A stretch of DNA of 64,000 nucleotides, taken from Porphyridium purpureum. Taxonomy: Eukaryota. A model generated the notes under the pieces. It did no database searches, had not been told where the DNA came from, and was given only the letters and a program-made list of their open reading frames with translations. Both the position numbers and the translations under genes were made by a program. The stretch is from NCBI GenBank assembly GCA_008690995.1, contig VRMN01000018.1:186001-250000 (forward strand). Direction: 5' to 3'. Within the stretch, counting starts at the first letter, position 1; every line of letters starts with the position of its first letter. Below are positions 19,601 through 30,250 of the stretch, piece after piece.

Positions 19601-22275
19601 CTGACACTGAGGCGAAAACGATCCTCGAACGCATGATCTGGCAATCGCAGAGAGCTCAGTGTCTGACCTTCGACGCGCGATCCGTCCAAACCGTCCTCGC
19701 CGTACAAAAATTGAATCACGTCTCCGACGCTGTTGCGCACCGTGCCGTCGTACCGCACCATCAGGTCTTCCATCGCCTTGATCAGGCGTCGCTGGATGTA
19801 GCCTGTCTCGGCTGTTTTGACCGCAGTGTCAATGAGACCCTCACGGCCGCCCATTGCGTGGAAGAAAAACTCGGTGGGCGTCAGGCCGCGCAAGTATGAG
19901 TTCTCCACAAAGCCGCGGGACTCTGGTCCAAGGTCGTCCTTGTGAAAATGAGGCAGCGTACGGCGCGTAAAGCCGTACGCAATGCGCTTACCTTCCACGT
20001 TCTGCTGGCCTACGCACGCACAAATCTGAGAAATGTTGATAAAGGAGCCTTTCGAACCCGCTGTCACCATCCGCTTCACATTGTTACTCGGCAGCAGCGA
20101 TTTCTGGGCGTACGAGCCAGACTTATCGCGCGCCCCGTTCAGTACTTTGTTAACCTCTGCCTCAAACGTCTCCATCATCGTCTTGCCCGGAAGCGTCTCA
20201 AGCTCTCCATTTGTGGTCTTCACAATGAGCTCGTCCACTTCCGCTTTGCTGGACTCAATCGTCTGAATCACTCGGTCCATGGTCGCATCGTCTGCCACCG
20301 CGTCACCGATGCCTATCGAGAAGCCTCGGTGCAGGATGAAATGGTTCACAAGTACTTGAATATTAGAAATTAACTCGCAGGTCACCTGCGGGCCGAGCTC
20401 CTTCCAGGTCACATGAATCAGGGACCCTGGCGCCGCGCCGACAGTTCGCTTATCCACGATGCCACTAATCAGTTCGCCCTTGCTGATGAGTACCTTGGTA
20501 TCACCGGGGGACATCGGTGTGTCTTCGTCATCCGGGTGTGTATTCGAAAAGCGGATTAAGTTCACGTCAGGCAAAATCAAAGAAAACAGCTGCTTGCCTG
20601 TCCAAAGCGGCTTTGGCAGTAGAATGGCCGACGTTGGCACGACGCCATCCCATCCTTTTACGTGCAGCAGCAGGTTAAACACAAAATCGCGCTCGAAAAA
20701 CGTGTCACGCTGCGTGAAGAGCATACACGCCAGTAGAGAGTCTTGCACAATACCCATGACTGGCTTATTTCCCTGTGGCGACACAATGCACCGCGGCACC
20801 ATCATGAGCTCGAGGATCTCTGCGCGGGTCAGCGTCGACTGGGGCACGTGCATATTCATCTCGTCACCATCAAAATCCGCGTTGTAAGGCGACGTCACCG
20901 AAAGATTGAGTCGGAACGTGCTATAGGGAAGAACACGTACGCGATGACCCATGATACTCATTTTGTGCAGCGACGGTTGGCGATTGAACATCACGCAGTC
21001 GCCATCGCGAATATGCCGCACAACCTTCATGCCATACTGGAGATCAAAGTCGCTGCGATTGCGATAGTACGCAAGGTCGATTTGCGTGCCGTCGTCACGC
21101 ACGACGTACTTGGCGCCAGGATACTCGTCCGGGCCATTCACCACAAGTCGCATCATCTCTTCATAGTTGAATCGCGTCACGACTTCTGGATAAGTCAGGT
21201 TCATGGCGATCGTCTTCGGTACGCCGACCTCGTCCAACATCAAGTTGGGGTCAGCCGTAATGACCGTGCGCGCCGAGAAATTGACACGCTTACCCATGAT
21301 ATTACCGCGCACGCGACCTTCTTTGCCCTTCAATCGCTGGTTGATGGACTTGATGGGGCGCCCGCCCTTTTGCTCAGCGCGCGGCAGTCCAGGCATTTCA
21401 TTATTCATGTACGTGGCCACGTGGTACTGCAAGAGATCAATTTGTTCATTGATGCGGTGCAGCGGGGCGCCGTTAAGCTCCAAATGTCGTAGCGCATTGT
21501 TGTTCTTCACAATGTCGCCGAGCTTGTGCGTCAGGTCGTCCTCGCCACGCATCGTGGCATCCATCATGATCGAAGGCCGCACGGGTGGCGGTGGTACAGG
21601 AAACGCCGACAACACCAGGTATTCTGGTCGGGTGTAGCGTGGGTCTAAGCCTAGCACGTCCGCGTCCGAGTCCGATATTTGCTTGAAGATAGACAGCACG
21701 CGCTCCGCCGTAATGATCTGCTTGCGATCGGCCGTGTCTTCTGGAGCGTCCACAAATTCTGCCCTAATTTTGAGGGCACCTTCCTTGGAAAACTTTGGCT
21801 GCACAGCGCCACAGCCCTCCTCTGGGTCGCACTTGCTCTTTCCCTCACACAGCTTGCTGATCGCCTGCAAACGACTCGAGCGCTTCTGAATGCGCGATGC
21901 ACGCTCAAACTTGGCGTCCTTCTTGGAGCCTTTCAACCGGGAGCAGTAAAAACACACGCTCTTCAGAACTCGCATCGTTACGCCGAAGAAACCCGGATGG
22001 AACACCGGTTTGGTAAACTCAATGTGACCAAAGTGTCCTGCACAGTTTGACTCGTCACACGCACAGGTTTCGCACGGAAAGTCGCGCCCAATCGCGCCCA
22101 GGCGCTGATCCATGAGTCCATCTACTTTTGGAATCCCTGCTTCGAACGCTGTTTCCACCTTGATCTCGACCACGCTCATGCGGCGGATCTCATCCGGACC
22201 CAGCACGCCAAACTGCACCAGCCCGACCTTTTTGGTCTCTGCCGAGCTGTACATGAAGCCCTTATTGAAATTCAT
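16678..22275 (-). CDS. RPB1: RNA polymerase II largest subunit
   Basis: Zinc-site CAGHFGHI, catalytic YNADFDGDEMN, TQMTLNTFH and C-terminal YSPxSP repeats; intronless. First ATG at 22275. Confidence 0.99.
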   Translation of the reverse strand: MNFNKGFMYSSAETKKVGLVQFGVLGPDEIRRMSVVEIKVETAFEAGIPKVDGLMDQRLGAIGRDFPCETCACDESNCAGHFGHIEFTKPVFHPGFFGVTMRVLKSVCFYCSRLKGSKKDAKFERASRIQKRSSRLQAISKLCEGKSKCDPEEGCGAVQPKFSKEGALKIRAEFVDAPEDTADRKQIITAERVLSIFKQISDSDADVLGLDPRYTRPEYLVLSAFPVPPPPVRPSIMMDATMRGEDDLTHKLGDIVKNNNALRHLELNGAPLHRINEQIDLLQYHVATYMNNEMPGLPRAEQKGGRPIKSINQRLKGKEGRVRGNIMGKRVNFSARTVITADPNLMLDEVGVPKTIAMNLTYPEVVTRFNYEEMMRLVVNGPDEYPGAKYVVRDDGTQIDLAYYRNRSDFDLQYGMKVVRHIRDGDCVMFNRQPSLHKMSIMGHRVRVLPYSTFRLNLSVTSPYNADFDGDEMNMHVPQSTLTRAEILELMMVPRCIVSPQGNKPVMGIVQDSLLACMLFTQRDTFFERDFVFNLLLHVKGWDGVVPTSAILLPKPLWTGKQLFSLILPDVNLIRFSNTHPDDEDTPMSPGDTKVLISKGELISGIVDKRTVGAAPGSLIHVTWKELGPQVTCELISNIQVLVNHFILHRGFSIGIGDAVADDATMDRVIQTIESSKAEVDELIVKTTNGELETLPGKTMMETFEAEVNKVLNGARDKSGSYAQKSLLPSNNVKRMVTAGSKGSFINISQICACVGQQNVEGKRIAYGFTRRTLPHFHKDDLGPESRGFVENSYLRGLTPTEFFFHAMGGREGLIDTAVKTAETGYIQRRLIKAMEDLMVRYDGTVRNSVGDVIQFLYGEDGLDGSRVEGQTLSSLRLPDHAFEDRFRLSVSDPHFGSHHGRPYLPPNMIDELRDDPEVKAACEAEFKRLQLDRAILRKEISKSGEPKWPLAVNVDRVLWNAKRRFSIGQNAVSDLSPKEVIDSVTSLCEKCVIIEDLKKRRIVDEQTREDVEDPNWALEEDEEPGDVDAVTLTRRMKVFADMQVLAKEAQENATLLFRIHLRAMLCAKELIVKHRLSRVAFQWVLGEIQNRFTHARVHPGEMIGAVAAQSIGEPATQMTLNTFHFAGVSAKNVTLGVPRLKEIINIAKNPKTPSLTVFLKEHAARDTEKAKQVQAELQHTTLVHVVKCTEIFFDPDPRNTVIRADQEMVSMFYEFEDDEDASKLSPWVLRIEVSKVSLMDRKLSMRLLKNKIVDVFAGDLHVMSSEENAENLVLRIRLPKTSTLHKQENVDGVEEGEMGDGGEQAVVAPGDLDEADMDELFLRKVEAVLLGDFTLGGIPSIKKVFMREPNISVIDESTGAFCTGKEWVLDTDGVNLLTVMAHEDVDHTRTMSNDVVEMFEVLGVEAVRAALLNEVRNVISFDGAYVNYRHLGILCDVMTYRGHLMSITRHGINRADTGPIMRATFEETTEILLDAAMYAERDRLRGVSENILLGQLANLGTGSFGLFLQESDVVGIKGTEETQRIDRFGGFGAAGSSLSTGLGGFGVVGATGNGMMPMMPQTPGPDVMRTPSYQGIQTPGGYSGFGAGNAFSPYVDSAEDGFFSPDVRGGGQGYPSYPGYSSDMAGGLGAGMAAGMNYGSATSPAYGGGMSPAYGSGMSPTSPGYSPTSPAAFSPTSPAFGGPSSPQYSPSSPAAYSPASPAFGGNMSPSSPQYSPSSPNAYGGSPSSPQYSPSSPNAYGGSPSSPMYSPSSPNAYGGSPSSPMYSPSSPNAYSPASPAFGGNLSPSSPMYSPSSPNAYNQSPSSPMYSPSSPAAYSPASPAFGGSMSPSSPMYSPSSPQFSPSNRADEEAKTPQRGDRYSPQG
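16981..17133 (-). repeat. Three 51-bp tandem units in the RPB1 CTD (YSPSSPNAYGGSPSSP[Q/M])
   Basis: Units at 16981, 17032 and 17083; the latter two are nearly identical at DNA level. Confidence 0.9.
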
Positions 22276-22990
22276 TTTGATCGCCTTGATTCCCAGTCTT
22301 CGTTCTCCCGTGCCACGTCTCACCTATTCTACCCCGTTCGTGTCCACGTCCCGCACGCGCTTTTACCTCTCACGCCGCAATACGTCCACCGTGACGCAAT
22401 CCCTCCGCCCCGCTGTCCGTACACAAGCCACCGCTCAAGCATGCCACAGGTATTCGGAATCGCACACCGTCAACCCCTCGCCTCACGTAAGCGGACGCCC
22501 TCACGCCGCCTCGGAGCACACCGCGCACTCGCTCATACACATACACACACGCACGCACTCGACCGTAGATGCTTGGGCAGCATAAACAGCAGCAGCGGCG
22601 GCGGCGGCGGCGGCGGTGGCGGTGGGGGGTGGTGGTAAAAACAGGAACAGAACAGCGCACGCGTCCACGTCCTCTTCCGTTCCCCACGTCCCTTCGTCTT
22701 TGGTGACGGCGCGTCCCCCTCGCTTCCCCCGCGCGCGTCCGAAATCATCGACCTGTTCCATCGTGCAGCGACTCATCATCGCCACGCACGCATGCCTTCA
22801 GGCATTACCATCTTTATTGTAAAATCGCCCTGTTTACGTAGAACGCAAAGCACGTCGCACGATGAGGTACAGTGTGACACCGCCACGCGGAGCACTGTAC
22901 ACGTATCACTGAGTACAGTGAGAAAAGGTACAGTGTTCGCATTAATTTAATACATTTTTTATACTCGTACAATTTTCAGCGGGAGCCCAT

Positions 22991-24676
22991 TCAGGCGCGC
23001 TTGGTCGGAGATAAATGCACGCCCGAAGCAGATTCCGAGATGTTGCGGCTTGTATCTCGAGCCGCAGCTGGCGTTGCAGGGTCATATGGCGCTCTGCCAG
23101 CGGGCGTGTGCGGTCGCGACTGGGATCCAGAGGCCGAGCGCGACTGCGGCAATCCTCCCGCGCCGCCAGCGTCGGAACTGCCGCCTGCCGGGGCATCCGG
23201 GTAGTGATTCTGAGCCTCGTTTTCTGACTGAGTCTTGTCAGACTCGCGCTGCAGACGCAAAAAGTATTTCTGCATGTGCGAACGTACCTGCACAATCGAG
23301 CGGGTGCGGACGTGCCCAGCAATTGCGCGCGCGTCTCGGGATCCGTACAGCTCCAATGCTTCGAGGAATCGGTCGTGCTCCATGGGAGACCAATATCGCG
23401 TCTGACCTTCCACAAACTTGCCATTGTGGTCCTTGACCCGCGAGAAGCGCGAGTGCGTGTGGCTTTCAGACGGATCTGTCGCCGCCGCATGTCCGGCCGG
23501 CCGGGAAGGCGCCAAAGAGTTCGCGTCAGGCGGGTGCAGCTGGACAGCTTGCAGGTTTCCAGCACTCGGGTTCACCGGCGCGCCGTACGCGACGTTGCCG
23601 GTCGGCTGCTGCTGCTGTTGTTGTGGCTGATACTGCGGCGCCAGAGTTGAGACAGCTTGCGGAATATAATTGCTCATCATGTATTGGCTTTGCTGGATGA
23701 GAGCATTCTTCAGCATATGCGCTTCTTGAAGCTCCACGCGCAGGCGCGCGTTTTCTGCCCTTAGCTCCATCAGCTGCTGGTACGGATCTACCAGCAAGTC
23801 TTCGCGCGAGGCCGCGGCATGACCCCGGCTCAGTGCGTCCGCCGAGCGCACTTTATGCAGCACGTGCTGCGACATCGGATACATCGGTTCCGGATTCAGA
23901 TAATTACCCGCATGCATCCGATAAGAGCCTATACCTCCGGGCGGCATGCCCAACCCAAAATTGTAAGAATTTTGTGTTCCACCGCCTTCGCGCGCTGACG
24001 ACACGCCAGGCAATGCAAGCGAGTCTCTGCGGCTGTGAAGCACGGCGTCGCTTGAGTTGCCCGGGGCACCCACCACCGTTCCACTGTTGTATGGTGATGG
24101 ACGCGACGCAGTTAGCGCAGCTGTAGCCATGGCCTCATCATGGTTTCCCACAAGCGATGAAATGGACACCGAAGAGAGCGCCGCTCGCTGGTTTTGTGCG
24201 TACAATGAGTGAACCGGCGCACGCTGTTGTCCCGGTGTCACAAAATTGAACGAGAACGGCGGCTGCGCGGCCTCGTGAAGAAGCGCAGCAGTCGACGCTG
24301 ACAAAATTGCAGGAGCTCGGACCGGCAACGCGTGGTCCGTGCCGACTTCAACAAACGAAGTCATTCCAGGCAGCGCGCCGCTGCCCCTTTCGCGGTCCGA
24401 GTCACCAAGCGCAGCGCTTCGAGGTGCGCCTGCAGCATAGATGTGCGCCTCGGGTTCGTACAATCGTACCCGCTTGGGCGCACGACTGTCGCCGACAAAG
24501 TCCACGGCGGTGCGGGCGTCGGAGGGATCGTGCCGAAGCTCTCCGCCGCGGGCTCGCGCGTTGTCTGCCCCTGCGGAGGGCCGCGCTATTTCTGCCCGTG
24601 ATCCATCAGCCGCGGCGTCCGCAGCGCCCTGTGGCCGCTTCGACCCCGCGGGCTGCTGGGGATCGGCGTTTTCCAT
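22991..24676 (-). CDS. SHAQKYF-class MYB-related transcription factor
   Basis: RYWSPMEHDRFLEALELYG...IAGHVRTRSIVQVRSHMQKYF; upstream coiled coil. Confidence 0.92.
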   Translation of the reverse strand: MENADPQQPAGSKRPQGAADAAADGSRAEIARPSAGADNARARGGELRHDPSDARTAVDFVGDSRAPKRVRLYEPEAHIYAAGAPRSAALGDSDRERGSGALPGMTSFVEVGTDHALPVRAPAILSASTAALLHEAAQPPFSFNFVTPGQQRAPVHSLYAQNQRAALSSVSISSLVGNHDEAMATAALTASRPSPYNSGTVVGAPGNSSDAVLHSRRDSLALPGVSSAREGGGTQNSYNFGLGMPPGGIGSYRMHAGNYLNPEPMYPMSQHVLHKVRSADALSRGHAAASREDLLVDPYQQLMELRAENARLRVELQEAHMLKNALIQQSQYMMSNYIPQAVSTLAPQYQPQQQQQQPTGNVAYGAPVNPSAGNLQAVQLHPPDANSLAPSRPAGHAAATDPSESHTHSRFSRVKDHNGKFVEGQTRYWSPMEHDRFLEALELYGSRDARAIAGHVRTRSIVQVRSHMQKYFLRLQRESDKTQSENEAQNHYPDAPAGGSSDAGGAGGLPQSRSASGSQSRPHTPAGRAPYDPATPAAARDTSRNISESASGVHLSPTKRA

Positions 24677-25538
24677 CGGATGCGTGTGCAGGCCTTCTGG
24701 TTCGACGTTTGAACCTGGCGTTGTGCCTTACACCGTCATTCTCTCCTTTGCGCACTGGCAAACCGTCTTCCCCTGGTCCCCGCAATCCAACGCACGCCAC
24801 AGCCGGCGTTCCTAGAAGCAGACCTATGCCGTGCTTTGCCTCAATGCCACCCGCCGTATCGCAGACTGGCGCAGTGCGCAGAACGCAGTCCCAGTACACT
24901 CCCCAACCTGTCGCGTCGCGCCTTCCACGGCCCGGTTCTGCGATGATTCCAACGAGTGCTGGTCTGCTCCGACCCCCAGTGCGGCGCTCGCTTCCTAATC
25001 ACCTGCAACGCCTCTTTCTCCTCCCTCCTTCAGCGTCTGCTTCCCTCGATTCCTTGTCTCCGTCGGTCGTTTCTTCTTCCATGCCACAAAACCCGCAAAA
25101 CTTAAAAACACTGGCACTGAACCTTAAAATAAAATGAAACCCCACAAAACCAAAACCCCAAAAACTGCCGGATGCGCACAGAAGCGCCGTGTTCCGTTGA
25201 CGGATGGCTGTAAAAACGCCTGCGTCCCGCCACGCAAAAATGACTCGGTTTCGTCATTTTTCGTCATTTTTCCTTCGGCGCGCTGCGGCATCGTGACGTG
25301 GTGGCGGTACTGCGCACTGTACTTCTGTAACACGGGGGGTTGTTTAGCGATGATCGAGCGCTCACGACTGTATGGTTCACAGTACCCTGGGGGTACACTC
25401 GATATTTGTGGGAAGTGAGATAAAAGGTGGGTGTGGTGCGGGAGATAAATTGGGTGGCGCGCTGGCCGGTGTGTGGTTTGGGACGGAAGGGTGAGAGAAG
25501 GAGGAGCACACGCGCGCGTCGCGAACACGCAGCTGGCC

Positions 25539-27341
25539 ATGGACGCGGATGATATGCAGGACCAGTACTCACTCAAGACGCTGCAGGCGCCCGTGCTTTC
25601 TGGATGGCAGCTCAGATGGTTTGTCAGGCTCGTCGAGACGTTCGAGCTGCCGCTTCGGTTTGTGGTGAGGCGGTCTGGCTTCAACCGCTTGCTTGAGCTG
25701 CAGAGGGACTCCGACCTCGTGCAGATTCCAGTGCATGACGTGCTCGCCGCGCAGCAGGGCAACATGACCGACCAGCAGCGCGCCGACTTTGTCAAAGAAA
25801 TGGACGCCGTCTTCTCCGAATTGTTCGAAATGGATTCAGCACGGTCAAGGACCTCTCGCTCTGTGTGGGATTATGTGCAAATGTATCGAGCGGCGTCGAG
25901 CACCCCTCTGCAGGTCGTGGCTGACTTGTTGGACCTTGTCAAGGCGCAGGACCCGCGCCCATTCGACTACGTGGAGCACAAGCACGGTGCCACGCCTTGT
26001 TCTACCGCGCTAAACTGCTTCTCACAAATTGACGAGGAGCAGGCTTTGGACGCCGCGCGGCAGTCCACAGAGCGATGGCAAAGCGGACACCCCATTTCGC
26101 TGCTGGACGGCGTACCCGTCGCCATCAAGGAATGCTTCAAAGTTCGCAACTATCGCACCACATGTGGACTCGGGAGCGTCAGAAACAGTTCGCGGTCGCT
26201 TGAGCAAGATGACGCTCCACTTGTAGCCGTGCTTCGAGACCTCGGCTGTGTCGTGGTGGGCCTCACCACGATGGACGAAAATGGGCTGGGCGTGCGCGGG
26301 TTTAATGCAAGCTGGGGGCAAGTGCGAAACAGCGTGAACCCTCAATTTGTGTCCGGCGGCTCAAGTGCCGGCAGTGGTGCGTGCGTGGGTGCAGGGATGT
26401 GCCCAATTGCCGTTGGAGTGGACGGAGGCGGTTCGATTCGAATTCCCGCGGGCTTCAACGGCATTGTTGGTGTCAAGCCGACGTATGGCCGCGTAAATGG
26501 GACGGGATGCTTTCCACCTGGAGCGAAGGCGACCTCGCACTCTGGTCCAATGGCGTCGTGCGTCCTTGATGCGGCGCTTGAATTCTACGCCATGCTTCTC
26601 GCTGGTCCAGACCCAGGGTTGCCTGACCCGCATCCGCAACTGCCCCGTCCCAAGGAACTGCTCGACCTGGTCAAAACAGGGAGCATCAAATCGCTCAAGC
26701 TAGGCGTCTTTTGGCCGTGGTTTAATGATTGCGCGCCCCAGATTCGCGATGCGTGCGCGGCATTTGTGGAGAAGATGCAGCAAGATGGCGGGGCCACCGT
26801 GATTCCTATCACCATCCCCAACCTAGAGGACATGCGCGTCGCGCACAGCTGCCAAATCATCACCGAGCATGCCTCCAGCCTTGTGGATCACGGCCTGGAA
26901 TCGTTGCGTGATGAAATGGGACTGGACTTTCGCGCGAAACTGCAAGCGGCAATGTATCTGCGGCAGAACCCACAGTTTGTGCGCGGCTCTTACGCGATCC
27001 GAGCTGACGCCATGGCGCTCTTCCGGAAACTGTTTGAAGACGAGCATCTAGACGCCATCGTGACCCCAACGACTGCTATTTTGCCGCCGCGCGTACCTTC
27101 GAATGTGGTCACTGGGGAGCTGAATGGCCAACTGGATTCACTGATCATGCGGTATGCCTTTGTTGGCAACTTTGTCGGCCTGCCAGCGGGCACGGTGAAT
27201 ATCGGTCTGGGACCTGCGCCAGACTGTCTACCGATTGGAATGCAGTTCATGTGCGCGCCTTGGGCAGAAGCAAAGCTGCTCCATCTCATGTTCTGGTGCG
27301 AGCAGCGCGCTCCGCAGCGTGCTCGTGCAGAAGCACCGTAA
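25539..27341 (+). CDS. Amidase-signature enzyme, fatty acid amide hydrolase-like
   Basis: LDGVPVAIKE, GGSSAGSG, GVDGGGSIRIPA (intact Lys/Ser/Ser triad); N-terminus resembles plant FAAH. Confidence 0.92.
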   Translation: MDADDMQDQYSLKTLQAPVLSGWQLRWFVRLVETFELPLRFVVRRSGFNRLLELQRDSDLVQIPVHDVLAAQQGNMTDQQRADFVKEMDAVFSELFEMDSARSRTSRSVWDYVQMYRAASSTPLQVVADLLDLVKAQDPRPFDYVEHKHGATPCSTALNCFSQIDEEQALDAARQSTERWQSGHPISLLDGVPVAIKECFKVRNYRTTCGLGSVRNSSRSLEQDDAPLVAVLRDLGCVVVGLTTMDENGLGVRGFNASWGQVRNSVNPQFVSGGSSAGSGACVGAGMCPIAVGVDGGGSIRIPAGFNGIVGVKPTYGRVNGTGCFPPGAKATSHSGPMASCVLDAALEFYAMLLAGPDPGLPDPHPQLPRPKELLDLVKTGSIKSLKLGVFWPWFNDCAPQIRDACAAFVEKMQQDGGATVIPITIPNLEDMRVAHSCQIITEHASSLVDHGLESLRDEMGLDFRAKLQAAMYLRQNPQFVRGSYAIRADAMALFRKLFEDEHLDAIVTPTTAILPPRVPSNVVTGELNGQLDSLIMRYAFVGNFVGLPAGTVNIGLGPAPDCLPIGMQFMCAPWAEAKLLHLMFWCEQRAPQRARAEAP

Positions 27342-27733
27342 AAAGTGCAACACACAAAAAAATGGTCCATTGACGAAAACTGGCAATGGCAATTGTAGTT
27401 CGTGAGCATTACGTTTGTATGTGTAAAAGTGGCTTGATAATACATAGTGTGTCCGCATTGCAAACGAATGACAAACCCAATGTGCGCTTTCGCGCGTAGG
27501 GCACCGGCATGACATCTGTCATGCCGGCTTTCCTTTAAAGGGCCGCACCGTGTCGGCGTCTGGACGCGGGTTGCACTGCCATGTTGCGCCGAGTCGTCGT
27601 ATTCGCGCGTCCGGGCCCGTCGCGTCGACGAGAACAAAGGCTCGCGAACACACTTCGGTAGCGTCCATGTGCAGTAGGTGATTCCGACCTAGCACGCCGC
27701 CTATACTCCTTTGCGCAGGGCAATAACTTCGCA

Positions 27734-30040
27734 ATGAATGCGTTCGTGCAAAGATCGACTGGCGCTTGCGAGAAACCGCAAAAGTCGAATCTGGTCAAGG
27801 CTGTGATATTCACGTTGCTCGCAGGTCTTGTGCTGGTGTGCGTCTTGTACGAACATCATGCGTCACCAGAAGAGCAGGATATTGGGCTCCGCGCTGGCTC
27901 GATGGGTAATCGGAAGTTGCTTTCTATACGTAAGCTGAGCGCTCTACATCCAGAAGCGCTTGCGTCTCGTGGCACCGAAGACGCTCTGAATCGAGAGGAG
28001 GACTTTACACAAAGGACGCACGTGACTCGTGGCTCGGAAGACGCCCTGAGACGAGCAGATGGCCCCCGTCAGAAGGATCAGGCGCCGCGGGGCGCAACAG
28101 AAACCTTTTCCGTTTCGCCAGCGCTGCGCGAGATTGCTCGGCTCGATCGCGCGAGACAAAGTGTCGAGAAGTATGCAGCGCGCTCGCACGAGGTTGACAC
28201 TGAGCCGGAAGCGTTCCAGCCGCAGCTGCATGGCCGCTCGTCCCGGACGCGCTGGCGCCACGAGCATGACGATCAAGCTAGCGGTCTGCAGTCACACGGC
28301 GAAGCTCATCTTTCGTCTCTCTCGACATTGTCTTCGCTTTCCACGGTAAGAGCATCAAGCGTGGCCGCGGCGCAGCACGCTTCCGATTCGGAACGTGCAC
28401 ATTCACTCGTGGCAGATCAGCCATTTGATGAGCACGGGAACTTTTATCAAGGCAAGAGCGACGAGTCTCGGCTTCCTTCACACTTGAATCTCGGGCGCCA
28501 CAAGGTTGGGCAGTCACTGTTGATGCAACAGCATGCTTTGAAAATGCTTGGTAGCAAGGTGGAGATTTGGCGGTACCCAGACGCGCCCGGTAAGTTTCTG
28601 TGTCGTCTGAGCCCACTTGCTCGAACTGGCGATGGAGCGGTCCTGCTGGACGAAGGGTTGGAAATTTATTCAGACATGCTGGCGTCCATCTGTGGGCTCG
28701 ACCAGGACGACGTCGAATACGTTCTGCGACAGAGTGGCTCTGGCAAATCGTGGACGGCGACACGCGGCGGGCGAACTCTTGAGCTCGACACCACGTACGC
28801 CGACTCGGCGGACTTGGCGCAGATCGGCTTGCCGCCGCATGATAGCACGCGTTTCGCACGTTCGGCCGTGGAAATATTGCACCACATGGACTTGTTTATT
28901 CGACAACGCCTGGAGCGGCTCGTTGACTACCAGTGCATCTCAACGGAGCGAAGCCGATGCATTGGTAGCCGGGGTGAACCGCTGGAAGGCGGAAGCGTCG
29001 AGCATTACACTGATTTTCGGCCGCTCATTTTGCTTCGCTCGATGACCGCAGACGCGGCGTACAACGAATGGATTCCTTCCTTTATACGCATGCTTCGAAT
29101 GTCAGCATTGTCCGAGCGCTTTGATTCTGTGAACGAAGACTACTTGTTCGGTCACCAAATGCTGTCCAAAGGCGCCCTGTTTCGTTCAGGTCTCTTATCG
29201 CACTACGCGGACGACGCCCCTGTTCAACTGGACGCGTCCAACTTCTTTTTCGAGGCGAACCGTATGGATCGCCTGGCACGCTTGCTTGAGGAGCGTGAGG
29301 ATCAGGCGGGCACTTGCCACGTGCGCATGCTGGTGCTCAAGTCGAGGAGCACCGATCAGCCAGGGCTGGTCGAGAGAAGCTTAGACGCTTCTACCGTGCT
29401 TGTGCAAAAGCATCTCGAGGCGCCGCTGACACTGGACGCCTCCAGCGTCTTTGTCGAGGACATCACGTACCCCGAACTGGTCAACCTGGCGGCAAGCGCC
29501 GACATTCTTGTCGCTGCACACAATGCCGGTGGTCAGAATGTACTCTTCCAGCGTGCCGACGCAGTGTTTATTGAGATTCTACCATTCGGTTTTTATCAAC
29601 ATTCCCAGCTGACGAGCGTCGCTGCATCACTGCAAGTGGTGCACGACCGCGTCATGGCCCATCCAGACGATCTTGGCTTTCGCAAGTGCCTTTCCGAGAC
29701 CGTTCGAGACGGAAGCATTCGCGCAACAATCGTGGACGGTTGGGTCGAGGAGGTCAACGCCTACTTGACGGCTAGCAAGGATCGCAGCGTCCAGCAGGCA
29801 TTCGAAGTCCATCCTCGCGGCCGCAGCTGCGCCGCGCGCCAGCGCCTCGATGTTTCGCCGATCGAGCTTGCCGCACGCATTGTGCGCCACTCGAGTCGGC
29901 TCTGCTCGACACCTGAGCTTGAACAGACCGGGACCATTCCACCTGAGGACGCCACACCCGCGGCTGTCCCCGCGCAGGTAGTTCCAGAAGACGGTGCAAG
30001 TTCACTGGATGCTCTTACGAAGGAAGCGCTAGCGATTTGA
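27734..30040 (+). CDS. Type II membrane glycosyltransferase family 61-like protein
   Basis: N-terminal signal anchor, long stem, C-terminal ADILVAAHNAGGQNVLFQ...VFIEILPFG resembling the GT61 HGAxLxN motif. Confidence 0.7.
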   Translation: MNAFVQRSTGACEKPQKSNLVKAVIFTLLAGLVLVCVLYEHHASPEEQDIGLRAGSMGNRKLLSIRKLSALHPEALASRGTEDALNREEDFTQRTHVTRGSEDALRRADGPRQKDQAPRGATETFSVSPALREIARLDRARQSVEKYAARSHEVDTEPEAFQPQLHGRSSRTRWRHEHDDQASGLQSHGEAHLSSLSTLSSLSTVRASSVAAAQHASDSERAHSLVADQPFDEHGNFYQGKSDESRLPSHLNLGRHKVGQSLLMQQHALKMLGSKVEIWRYPDAPGKFLCRLSPLARTGDGAVLLDEGLEIYSDMLASICGLDQDDVEYVLRQSGSGKSWTATRGGRTLELDTTYADSADLAQIGLPPHDSTRFARSAVEILHHMDLFIRQRLERLVDYQCISTERSRCIGSRGEPLEGGSVEHYTDFRPLILLRSMTADAAYNEWIPSFIRMLRMSALSERFDSVNEDYLFGHQMLSKGALFRSGLLSHYADDAPVQLDASNFFFEANRMDRLARLLEEREDQAGTCHVRMLVLKSRSTDQPGLVERSLDASTVLVQKHLEAPLTLDASSVFVEDITYPELVNLAASADILVAAHNAGGQNVLFQRADAVFIEILPFGFYQHSQLTSVAASLQVVHDRVMAHPDDLGFRKCLSETVRDGSIRATIVDGWVEEVNAYLTASKDRSVQQAFEVHPRGRSCAARQRLDVSPIELAARIVRHSSRLCSTPELEQTGTIPPEDATPAAVPAQVVPEDGASSLDALTKEALAI

Positions 30041-30250
30041 TAAGAACAGAAAAGTGCAGTTCAAGACAATGGAGAGATCGAAGACTAAGCCGAACGCCAC
30101 AATATCCTGTGCATCTCAGAGGTCAAAGTTAAGAGATTTCATCATCTTGGGTCACAAGACCCTTCAGGTGAAGAAATTCAAATGATTGCTCATCATCGAT
30201 GCCGGGTTTCGTATGGCCATGACATAAGAGAACGGACGGCCTTGTCAAAC

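Noticed and set aside
22584..22634. (CAG)/(GCG)n run and small ORFs upstream of RPB1
   Set aside because: Low-complexity leader sequence; the ORFs are poly-Ala/Pro/Gly artefacts.
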